DNA of 63,960 nucleotides, counting the filler, from Collodictyon triciliatum (lineage: Eukaryota): NCBI GenBank assembly GCA_043381765.1. It is 8 parts of 8 records of this genome, joined end to end, with 100 filler letters (N's around TTAATTAATTAA, not from the genome) between each part and the next. Parts side by side here need not be neighbours in the genome. Positions count along the whole stretch, not along the records: positions 42,200 to 51,135 come from JBHJMP010003221.1; positions 51,236 to 55,031 come from JBHJMP010003222.1; positions 55,132 to 60,258 come from JBHJMP010003223.1; 5 more parts are not named here. One strand, written 5' to 3'. This document shows positions 45,233 through 55,198 of this stretch, piece by piece; position 1 is the stretch's first letter, and the number at the start of each line of letters is the position of its first letter. Under the pieces are notes generated by a model. The model was not told the DNA's origin, searched no databases, and saw only the letters and a program-made list of their open reading frames with translations. The position numbers and the translations under genes were made by a program.

Positions 45233-47593
45233 TTATTCAGTTAAAAATTCTTTTTCAATCAAGTATTTCTTGACCCATTGCTCAGTCAATTCGTATTTAC
45301 GAGATGGGTTTTGAATTATCCCTATCTTGTGAAGCTCTCTGCCAAATTTATGTAAGGTCAATATTCCTTCAGATTGTCGACCAGCGTCTGTCATAACATT
45401 GCGGAACAGTGAATATAGTTGCATTGGTACCATTGCTGATTTGAATGCTTGTTTATATATGCTACCTTCATCATCTTCATATATCACTAATAAGAATTGG
45501 TCAACTTGATTAATTTGTAACATCATTTGAGCTTTCCATATTTGTTTTGTATGCTGTTCTTCAATAATATATTTTTCACTATTCCAAGTATCATCATATA
45601 TCCATCTTAAATATTGAACAAATTTTAATAATTGATTTTTATCACTGATTGTTTCATTTAATTCAATAGCCATACTTTGAGGCATTAATTGTTCTCGACA
45701 TTGTATAACACAATATCGTCGATTAGACTTTGTAACAGTAAAAACAGATTCATTGTTTGTATTACACACCACGTGAACGTAATTATTTATTACATATTGA
45801 TTTGCACATTTTTTATTTATTGTAATATCTGAAGCTACTAAATTATCTTTCATTACATCCGCAAATTTTACACCACCAGCTCTATTACCTTCTTCTATAA
45901 CAACGTAACACTTATTCTCCAATAAGCCATTAAAATCGCCGAATAGCTCACCCATTTTCGATGACTTCACTCCATAATTTTTACCTATGATATTGTCTAA
46001 AAACATTGTATGTAAAATAGTAGATTTACCGACACCCTCTGTGTGACTGTAAAAAACAAGACAAGTGTGAAATCTACCCATCTCGTGAGCTGCAAATAGT
46101 AAGTGAGCAAACCATTGTAATACATATGCATAAGCACCCGAATCCTCATCACATAATTGAGTCCAAATAGTTTTGAGTATTATACTATCTCGGCAATATT
46201 TATCTGCTTCATCATCAGTCATTGGTATATACATATCCCCGTATTTTTGTATATCAAACCCGCGGAAAATGTTATAAGTATTAGGATAAACCGCAGGGTT
46301 TAAGTCCATAGGTAAATCAGGTCTAAATACTATTTGTTCGACTACTCTTTTGTGCTTATCACGATAATACAATGGTAAAAAACTTACCCAATCACCTGTA
46401 TCAATCCAACCATAATGTGCATTTGCATTCTTAGCTGCTTGATGTTTATATACGTGAAGTGTATGGTCTTTTTTTATAAGTGTTAAATCACCATAATATA
46501 AAAAGTGATTTCTGTCAAATTCGTCTTTTATATATTTGTAATATAATTTAGTTTGTTCATTTTCTAAATCGTGCAATAATATAACTTTGTCTCCGTTAGT
46601 TAGTTTTTTTTCTATAGTTTTTGTTAAATAACTAACCCCAAGTGATTTTTGAGATTCATCTTGTAAGCTACTTTCAACACTTTTTATAACAGATTCAAGA
46701 ACATCAATTTTTTGTTGAGTAGTGCTTCCTTTTTTATCTTCCATTTGATTACAGATTCTTATCCAATACTTTGATAGATTCAATATACCAATATTAACTA
46801 AAACATATGCAATTTTTATCCAACTATCATAATCTGAATCGATTAATTTAAAATATTCCCGTTTTAAACAACACTCTATATAAGCATTCACATATACTTT
46901 CGTATCATAGTCATATGTAGAAATCCAATCAACTTTATATATCGATTCAATTAATTTAGTTTCTTCCCATTCAATATCTTCATTTTTCTCATTATCTGCA
47001 TCTGATTCTTTGCGTTTTTTTCCGGGATACTTATCAATAAATCCACTTTTAATAAAATCAAAGTCTTGCAGCTCATTGTATATATCTTTTGTTTCACTTT
47101 CCCACATATTTCTTTTACTGTGTATGACATCGATATCTGGCATATCTTTACCAAACACTTTCACCCCTTCCCATTTTTCATCCCAGTTTTTTGGCTTATT
47201 CACATAAATATGAAACCCCTTTGTATTGCCTTTTGTCCAGCAAATATTATTATTAATTTCTGGGATAGAAAGAATTTTTCCAAGCTCGTCGGGAGTATGA
47301 ATATTCGGGTCGTCACAGTCGATACAAACAATATTTGAATATTTTAAAAAAATAGAAAAACATCGAACACAATTTTTATGTTCGGATGCTGTTAACTTTC
47401 TATCTCCTAGTGCCTTTACATATTTTTGCTTTGCTAAATTTTTACTAGCCTGCCTCCATTCAGGCAAATCTTCAAGTTTAACATTGTTTTTTTCTAGAAT
47501 TGTTAGTTTTTTACCTTCGTGCATCAGATAATGAGCATAGGCAAAAGGTACTTTGTTAATGATAAGAAATTCTCCGATATTCATATTATTCAT
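45233..47593 (-). CDS. AEP/Prim-Pol primase + PriCT-2-like + SF3 helicase
   Basis: CIDCDD (DxD), TKGFHIY (AEP motif II), DYDSWIKIAYVL (PriCT-2-like), Walker A EGVGKST, Walker B VVIEE, motif C CNTN. Confidence 0.88.
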   Translation of the reverse strand: MNNMNIGEFLIINKVPFAYAHYLMHEGKKLTILEKNNVKLEDLPEWRQASKNLAKQKYVKALGDRKLTASEHKNCVRCFSIFLKYSNIVCIDCDDPNIHTPDELGKILSIPEINNNICWTKGNTKGFHIYVNKPKNWDEKWEGVKVFGKDMPDIDVIHSKRNMWESETKDIYNELQDFDFIKSGFIDKYPGKKRKESDADNEKNEDIEWEETKLIESIYKVDWISTYDYDTKVYVNAYIECCLKREYFKLIDSDYDSWIKIAYVLVNIGILNLSKYWIRICNQMEDKKGSTTQQKIDVLESVIKSVESSLQDESQKSLGVSYLTKTIEKKLTNGDKVILLHDLENEQTKLYYKYIKDEFDRNHFLYYGDLTLIKKDHTLHVYKHQAAKNANAHYGWIDTGDWVSFLPLYYRDKHKRVVEQIVFRPDLPMDLNPAVYPNTYNIFRGFDIQKYGDMYIPMTDDEADKYCRDSIILKTIWTQLCDEDSGAYAYVLQWFAHLLFAAHEMGRFHTCLVFYSHTEGVGKSTILHTMFLDNIIGKNYGVKSSKMGELFGDFNGLLENKCYVVIEEGNRAGGVKFADVMKDNLVASDITINKKCANQYVINNYVHVVCNTNNESVFTVTKSNRRYCVIQCREQLMPQSMAIELNETISDKNQLLKFVQYLRWIYDDTWNSEKYIIEEQHTKQIWKAQMMLQINQVDQFLLVIYEDDEGSIYKQAFKSAMVPMQLYSLFRNVMTDAGRQSEGILTLHKFGRELHKIGIIQNPSRKYELTEQWVKKYLIEKEFLTE

Positions 47594-47657
47594 TGGGTTT
47601 TAATATTTTTATATAAACGATTGTTTTTAAGCCTGTAATTAAAGCTGTATTTTACAT

Positions 47658-47841
47658 CTTATGTAGGAATTGTAGGATTTGTACCTTTTTTTCAACTCCT
47701 TTTTATATAAAAAAGCCCAATTGCTATTGCTATTTCTAATAAAATTGCTAGCAATATTTTTAGCAATTAGCAGTGAAATTTTATATTTTTTTATAAAATG
47801 GAGTTAAAAAAAAGGTACAAATCCTACAATTCCTACATAAG
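47658..47841. promoter_or_regulatory. 42-bp inverted repeat (1 mismatch) with TGTAGGA iterons; putative origin
   Basis: Arms at 47658-47699 and 47800-47841; more TG(T/C)AGGA units at ~47899-47925; directly upstream of the primase-helicase gene. Confidence 0.6.
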
Positions 47842-48169
47842 TTATCAAAAAGAGTAAGGCTTAAGACTGAAAATAAAAAAAAACTTTTTTACAAAGTATG
47901 TAGGATTTGCAGGATATGCAGGATTTTTAAAAAAAAGTTATTCAAAGTCCAGTATAATAGGTACCGTACTTTTTACAATATGGTATGAATTTTTTTTTCC
48001 ACATTTGTCTTTCCGCTTTCGTCGAGAATTCAGACTTTCGAACCAATCGATCACCTCTTTCCACGTCTCAAAATTGAACACGTCACCGTTTTCACTATAG
48101 ACCCTCAACATACTAGATTCAACAAAAAAAAAACAGAGAAGACGCGAGTTTAGGTGGGGGTGGGTAGCT

Positions 48170-48607
48170 TTATTTTTTCAGCTTGGCGATCTTCAACGCG
48201 AGAATATGCTCGTATCCCGACCTGTTGTCCGAGAGAATTGTTTCCTTCTCTTCTAACTCGGCTTTGTTTTTGTTCAGAGCCTCTTCTGCTTTCTTCAATG
48301 CGTCCAGTAAGGCTGGCTGGTCTTCCTTTAATTTTTTGACGCGGGTCTCGATCTCCACTATGGAAGTGTGCATTTGTTTCAAAATATTATCTTGCTCAAG
48401 TACCTTTGCAACTAGAGCAGGAGGGTGAGCCACTTTCCATCCACTAGCTGCAGCAGAAGAATTGGGGCGTTTGCGTGGAGTGGCTGTAGTCTTGCGTGGA
48501 GTAGAGGCCTTCGACATAACGGAGGCGCTGTCTGACGAAGTGTCGGTGACAATGCCCATTGGGATGGTGAGCTGGCCTGCTGGCACTTCTTGTGTTTCTT
48601 TCGACAT
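48170..48607 (-). CDS. Hypothetical coiled-coil protein
   Basis: 145-aa ORF with Ser/Thr/Pro-rich N-terminus and heptad-like C-terminus; GC-richer than neighbours. Confidence 0.7.
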   Translation of the reverse strand: MSKETQEVPAGQLTIPMGIVTDTSSDSASVMSKASTPRKTTATPRKRPNSSAAASGWKVAHPPALVAKVLEQDNILKQMHTSIVEIETRVKKLKEDQPALLDALKKAEEALNKNKAELEEKETILSDNRSGYEHILALKIAKLKK

Positions 48608-48800
48608 TCTTCGGTGATGGGGTGGTTCCTAGGGGGGTTTTGTTAGTTGGAGTGCTGAGCTGGCGTCCGTCGGGCTGTGAAGAAAGCTTGGTTTGCAACA
48701 AAAAATTGAATTTGCTGGAAATTTATAGCCTTGACCACAACAAAATTTATTTTAGTAAAAAATTAAAATAAATTTATAAAATTTTTTTCTATTTTAGGAG

Positions 48801-49521
48801 CTAAATTAAAATTTGTTCATTAAAATTTTTATACATTTTCACTCTCTTAGGGACTAAGAGGTCTATGTACAAAAAACAATATGGGTCTCCAGTTGCATAT
48901 TCAAATACCTCATTAAATGTAGATATATCTAGGTTGGTAATTTCATTTAAAGCCTCTCGTTCTTTTTTATTATCCGTGTAAAACGCAATCAGATGACTTG
49001 CATTATTTCTTATTTTTGGGTTAAATAATCTTATAGCTTGAGACACTAAAATGATCGACAGCCGATAATGTCTATGTTTTAAAAAGCCTTTTAATAGATT
49101 TGATTTAATTCGCTCAAAGTTTGGACCAAGGTCATCACATATAAGCAGATATGCATTTTTTAAAATTATCGTCTGATTTTATATCATCAAGTATATTATC
49201 CCAGATTTCTTCATTAAAATCGTCATATAATCTTTTATCTTTGAATTTTATACCTGTATATGCATCATCATGTATTTTTCCATCCACAACATTGCTTGTA
49301 CACATATATATCTTATCAAAGTACCTATAGTATAATTCTTTTTTTTTTAAAAGATTACTAAGCAACACTGACTTACCACTAGCTATGCGTGCTGATATTA
49401 GAAGCATGAAAGGCCTATCATTTTTTGGGTCTGGTAATACTTCTAATTCAACTTGCCGCTTGCTTTTTTTTACAGTAGTTAATGGTTCAATTTTGAAATC
49501 ATTCAATTTTCTACTCTCCAT
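48801..49521 (-). CDS. A32/FtsK-like packaging ATPase, split by a frameshift at ~49156-49161
   Basis: Walker A LISARIASGKS; the shifted frame gives AYLLICDD (Walker B), KHRHYRLSIILVSQ and IRNNASH. Confidence 0.88.
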
Positions 49522-49527
49522 AATATA

Positions 49528-49866
49528 TTATCGGAAAAGATTTGATGAACTATACGTAGAGTAGTCCTGGTAGGTATCTTTATCAACTGCCTCTTTTGCT
49601 GCCCTTTTTTCTGCCTTTCTCTGGGCCTCTGCAGATAAGTGTTCTCGAATAACACCTAATTCTTTTTTAATAACTTCATAGTCTTCTTTTGGTTTCCTGG
49701 CTTTTTCATAGGTTTTTACAGCAGCGACAATCTCTTTGTTTTTTTTCTTTGCCTCGGTGGCCTTGGGTTGTATCTTACGCAAGTGTTCAAGTTGTTTCTG
49801 GCTCGGAGTTCTCTTTTTTTTTGGTTTTTCTATTATATCGATATCATCACTATCATATTCGACCAT
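49528..49866 (-). CDS. Small basic protein upstream of the ATPase
   Basis: 112 aa, KPKKKRTPSQKQLEHLRK; co-oriented with and 6 nt from the ATPase gene. Confidence 0.75.
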   Translation of the reverse strand: MVEYDSDDIDIIEKPKKKRTPSQKQLEHLRKIQPKATEAKKKNKEIVAAVKTYEKARKPKEDYEVIKKELGVIREHLSAEAQRKAEKRAAKEAVDKDTYQDYSTYSSSNLFR

Positions 49867-49900
49867 AATTTAACAAAGAAAAAAATTTCTGCGTAAATAT

Positions 49901-50704
49901 ATGTTGAATAGCAATCGAGCATATTATCTATTTATTGACAGTTCGCTTCGGAGTACTGGAACAAATTCAGATTTTACATTTGAATGCGTTCAAAATAATC
50001 ATATTTTGTCCAAAGGAACTGTTGCTGTTTCATCTTTAACTTTAACCAATGCAATATATCAAGTAAATAGCACCAATAATGTGCTTAATTGGACTGTGAC
50101 TCGAACTGGTCCTACAATTTCAAATCATACAATTACTATACCAGAAGGGAATTATTCAATATCTGAACTTGCGGCTTCAATCCAACAAAGAATGAATATT
50201 CAAACTAGTGGAGCAAATACAAGCATTCCAATTCCTTTATATAGCGCCATAACCAATAAACTAAGTTGGAGAAAATACGAGCCATCTGGTACACCAGATA
50301 CAGGCCAGTTACCAAATGAAGTGAGTGCATCATATACTTTATTATCAACGAGTACAATAAAATATGTATTGGGATTTGATACAGACTTTACGTTTGTAAA
50401 TGTTCATAAAGAGTCACCAAGCATGATAAATTTAAGGCCAATAGATTATTTTTACTTAACAAGTCCCAATATAAATAGTAGTTCATTTGCTCCAAATATT
50501 GGCGGTAATCAGATTCTTGCAAGAATTCGTATATTAACTAGTCGAAATAATACACAATATGCTGATGTAGATAATATAATGGAAAATCTAATTAACTGCT
50601 CTACAATACCCACACAATGGCGCTTTACTCTATTTGATAAGTTTGGCCAGAAAGTTAATTTGCAAATCCCTTTTTCATTTACATTGCGTATATTTCCAGA
50701 ATAA
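49901..50704 (+). CDS. Minor capsid (penton-like) protein
   Basis: LFIDSSLR..NSDF, ITIPEGNYS..EL, VLGF, FTLFDKFGQKVNL..FSFTLRI pattern typical of PLV/Polinton-type pentons; beta-rich. Confidence 0.75.
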   Translation: MLNSNRAYYLFIDSSLRSTGTNSDFTFECVQNNHILSKGTVAVSSLTLTNAIYQVNSTNNVLNWTVTRTGPTISNHTITIPEGNYSISELAASIQQRMNIQTSGANTSIPIPLYSAITNKLSWRKYEPSGTPDTGQLPNEVSASYTLLSTSTIKYVLGFDTDFTFVNVHKESPSMINLRPIDYFYLTSPNINSSSFAPNIGGNQILARIRILTSRNNTQYADVDNIMENLINCSTIPTQWRFTLFDKFGQKVNLQIPFSFTLRIFPE

Positions 50705-50723
50705 ATTATCTTTGTAATAATAA

Positions 50724-51135
50724 ATGGGTTTTGGTGTAGTAGATGAAAAAGAACTTCCAGAATTTTCCAATACAGACGCAAACAAAGTATTAAAAGTAGA
50801 TGCGAGCGGGGTTTATTTACAGTGGCTGCAGGAGACAACGGCACCAGCTGAGCTGCCTCCACAGGCTGGACAGGCTGGAAAATTTCTTGAAACAAACGGG
50901 TCAGTGCCGTCGTGGTCCGTGGTGAATCAAGTGCCTGGAGCGACTGCAGGGAACAATAATAATATTCTCACATATAGCAGTGCCAGTTCGACATATGGTT
51001 GGTCTAACAATATAAATGTAAATGGTATATTTGCAACTGGTTCGGTCGGATGCAATGGAGTTTTACAAACAAGCAGTCGAGTACAAATAAACGGTGCTGG
51101 TTCTGTGAACGACCAAAGACTACAATTCAGATGCC
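50724..51135 (+). CDS. Fiber/spike-like virion protein (truncated)
   Basis: Three short repeats (ANKVLKVDASG..LQW / AGKFLETNGS..SW / NNNILTYSSA..GW) resembling fiber shaft repeats; immediately follows the penton-like gene. Confidence 0.55.
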
Positions 51136-54100
51136 NNNNNNNNNNNNNNNNNNNNNNNNNNNNNNNNNNNNNNNNNNNNTTAATTAATTAANNNNNNNNN
51201 NNNNNNNNNNNNNNNNNNNNNNNNNNNNNNNNNNNTATCAGGAATGGGTGGCTGGTTGTTGAGTCTTGCTTTGCGTGAGTATATGCGCGCTATCCACATA
51301 GTCCATAGCAAATGGCCTCGCGTCACTGCCCAGAATGTTTTTGCCTCTGGACGCCGCTATCAAACTGCACGTTGTCTGTGCAACTTTGTATGGTATCACA
51401 CGCCCAATAAATCTAGTGGACATTCTTGCACCCAACAGCGCGCTAACAGCTTTTTCCTGACACCCTGACAAACCAACAAAACAACAGACTGTCAAACGGT
51501 CGCTTCCGTTGTGCAGACAGAATACAAACATTTGTGTAAGCGTCTACGATTTGAATTAATTAGTCGTTACTGGCAACGACTTCATCGATTTTAAACGATA
51601 TTCTTCTCCAAAAGACAACGTGATAGCTCATATTTGTTCATCCCACAACAATACGTGACTTGTGACATTAAAGTGCCTTAGTAGTAGACGAAATAGGTTA
51701 TGTTTTTTTTTTTTTTTATTCTTATGATATCACATGTCAGTTTGGTGGGGCTATTGCCACCAAGGTCGCGACTTATGAGCGTTGAGGGATTCCTGGACAT
51801 AGAAACTTCCTGTAGAAGCGTGTTATTGACCAAGTTTTCGTCCGCCTTTTTTTTTTTTTTTTTTGTCCCTCGAGATATCATAGTGGTTCAAGCTGATATT
51901 CCACTTCCTACCCGAAGCCCATGATTACTAATAACCATATTTCTTGTAGTTGTGAATGTTTCGAATGAGACATGGAAGCGGTTGGGTCCTGGCAGTTCTA
52001 TTGCCCGCACCATTGTTAATTCGAGGAGACTCATATAGGCGAGGACGTGGGTTAATGACCTTGTAAGTCTTCTCGCCTCTTCCTCTGTCCTTTTGGATCG
52101 GCCCTGTTTATCCCTTTGCTTCCTTTTCCTGTCATGTTCTAAAATTTTAAACATACAATAACTGTGAGAGTTATGGATTTATACAAGGAGCCTATTCTCA
52201 TTCCCGGGTTCTCTCATAAGAATAACACGAGATTTATTTTCGAGTTTAATAATTTTTTCCTGTTAGTGTCCCGAGAATCATAAGCAGGTTGAATTACTTG
52301 CGATTAGGGTGAATTATTCACCTGCGATGGTCTACTGAACTTCATTGCCCGCTTCTTTCGTAAAGGGTTTTTGGGCTTATCTTGTTGAATGGATTATTTT
52401 TTATTTATACTAATACCCCCTAAATCTCGATAACATGATTGTATCCTATCAACCACTATCCACATTTCAGGTGGGTTTATAATATTTTTTGGTAATTTTT
52501 ATTTCGTTCACACACCTTCATAAGCAGATGCAGCAATGTCTCCAATGATGTTTAATTTAAAAAGGTTGAACTATGGTTAGATAGTGGAAAACTTGTGTGG
52601 AGAGATCGCATCTTTTGTGGGCCTATATCGATAAATTGGCATCCTACTTGTAAAAAACTGGACTATAAAATAAGCATGTCGTTTTTTTAAGTGTATTGAT
52701 TTTTTCTAATAATGACAAAAAAAAAAAAACAAAAAAAAACAGAGCTATAAAAATCCTTTTAATTTCAGTTATGAAAGATTCCGATACAGATATTTATTTA
52801 CGACTGCTGATAGACAAAAAATTTAATATGCCCAACCACAAAACAAGCAATCTTTTGGTAACTTTAATATTTGTCATCGTTTTATATAAGTTGCCTACCT
52901 AACTCCGAAATCTGGGTTTGCCCATAGGAGCACATCTAGTACGTGGCCAAAAAATTTATATCAAAGAGGCGAACCCTTTTAGCTCTCAATAGAATGGCAA
53001 AAAATAAATAAAATAAAATGGATCTATCAGTATGTAATGAAGAGGACATTCTGTCATACTGGTTTTTAGCGAAATTCTCCTCCCAAAAAAAAAATTGCTT
53101 TGAATTATGCTGACAATTTTGAAACTTACCAATATCATAGTTTTGTTAATTATTGCCAACAAATAGAAATCTTTCGGAAAGAGTGACGAACTTGATATGT
53201 AAGCTAAGAAATCGCGCTGCAATACCACACAGCTTGAAATACGATGTACCTTGTGAGTTTTATTACCAATTTATATTGTATGATTTTTTTGTACATTATG
53301 AAAATGGCTAATTATAAAATCTTGGCTACAGCTCTTTATTAATTTACTATTGAGTCAAAAGTATACATGATAAATCTAGGTTTAGAAGAAAAGAAAAAGA
53401 AAAGAACAAAATAGACTTCTTCATTATTCAAACTAGATGCCAAAAATAGGGGTTTCCAAACGTATTTCTTGTATTAACAAACTCGACCATTATCAATATT
53501 AGATATTGCAGCAATATTTATAGATCACTTTAAATTTGAATTTGAACTTTTCATTCGGGATTCGACTAACGAATCATATAGAATGGTGATTATTGCTCGA
53601 TGCTCAATCTAAGGTAATATGGGTTGAAAATATGTATTGTTAGTTGCAAACAATTTTGCTATTATTTTTTTTTTAAAAAATACTATAGATGTTAAAATCT
53701 TTTATATCACACATACGTGTCTTTTCAAAATAAAATATCATGAAAACTTATGTAGACTTAATTATTGTAAATAATCCAAAATACTGCGTGATTCACAGGC
53801 ATATTAATTTCCTAATATTATGGTTATGAAGAGCATGTATGTTGTTTCATTTTATAAAATAAAAACATATTAATTATTTCAGAACCGAATAAAATATTTT
53901 TTTAATTATTTCAGAAAAATGAACAAAATTTACATATATTGAGACTTTAACAGTATCGAAAAAACTAAAACACTTAATTATAGTCATTAATGAAGTCAAA
54001 AAAATTTGCAAATATGCTTGCAAATTATTTTTTCGCAATTATTTCATTATGAAATAGGTCATCTTATTCAAACATCGTGTTTTTTCTGATAAGGTTCGGC

Positions 54101-54932
54101 TCATGATTTAACGAAGGCTCATACCAACTACACTATGAGTGTTTGAAGTTTTCTCGCATTTTCAATCAATCAATCAAAATTGGCTATAGTAATTCACTGA
54201 CACTAGAAAATATGTAAAAATAATGCTATCTATGTCATTCGGATACTATTAAAACGGAAGAGACAAAAGACAAATTCCATTAGACAAGGGAATCGTTTCT
54301 ATTGATTACTTAGGGAAGGGGAAGAGTTTTTCGATGAGCAACTCCTAAATTACCAGATGGTGTGAAACGAGAGTCAAGCAGCAAACTGTACGTGAGTAGG
54401 TACGCCTCAGTTCAGGAATTTATTTGAGGAAACTCGAAAAAAATCAATATTTTAATTTATTAAGTTCGGAAACGACCAAGCCGACGCTCCTATCAATAAT
54501 AGGTTTCTTTGAATAACTTACAAAGTAATACAAAAGTACCGGTCTATTCTTGTCCTCTAAAATAATTTATCCTTATCAGAAGAAGTTTAGAATAATTCAG
54601 CAAAAATATTTTGTTATTTTTTGTTTTTCTTAGAGGAGTCAGTACCAAGCCTTCAGTTTTGTGGAAATAGATACGTAGTGAGATGTTAAGATTCTATATG
54701 GTAAGCATATATGTTTTTCATCAACTACTACTCCCATTTTTTTCATCTTAATCACATTTTATGCGCACCTCCCGGAAGTGGTACAACAGGATGAAAGTAA
54801 TTTATATTTGCATAGGTTTGAGTCGAGAGCTACTAATTTTTTCTTTTTAGGAAAACTCTGGTTCGGACCTATCACGCTGTCCAAAATTTTGGTCAGATAC
54901 CACCATTCATGTCTTTAATTGTCATGAATTTT

Positions 54933-54975
54933 TGTGGAAATTGAAACTCCATAATATATAGTTTCAATTTCCACA
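54933..54975. repeat. 16-bp perfect inverted repeat, 11-nt loop
   Basis: TGTGGAAATTGAAACT-ccataatatat-AGTTTCAATTTCCACA. Confidence 0.9.
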
Positions 54976-55155
54976 GCGGCCTTTTCAACCCTGCCAAATT
55001 AGGTCCTTTATATACTGTCTTCCGCCCTTGANNNNNNNNNNNNNNNNNNNNNNNNNNNNNNNNNNNNNNNNNNNNTTAATTAATTAANNNNNNNNNNNNN
55101 NNNNNNNNNNNNNNNNNNNNNNNNNNNNNNNAAAAAAATGAGAATATAAAGAAAT

Positions 55156-55198
<43 letters not shown>

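Larger units (their letters stand above)
42200..51135. mobile_element. Polinton-like virus / virophage-like element B (partial)
   Basis: rve integrase, AEP primase-SF3 helicase, packaging ATPase, penton-like and fiber-like genes; four genes or domains homologous to element A. Confidence 0.88.

Noticed and set aside
51236-54900. Short ORFs in contig 6 (e.g. 51888-52154)
   Set aside because: May be exons of a minus-strand gene, but no recognisable motifs or supportable gene model.
54933-54975. CRISPR-like ends (ATTGAAAC / GTTTCAAT)
   Set aside because: A single inverted pair, no repeat-spacer array, no cas genes, eukaryotic context.
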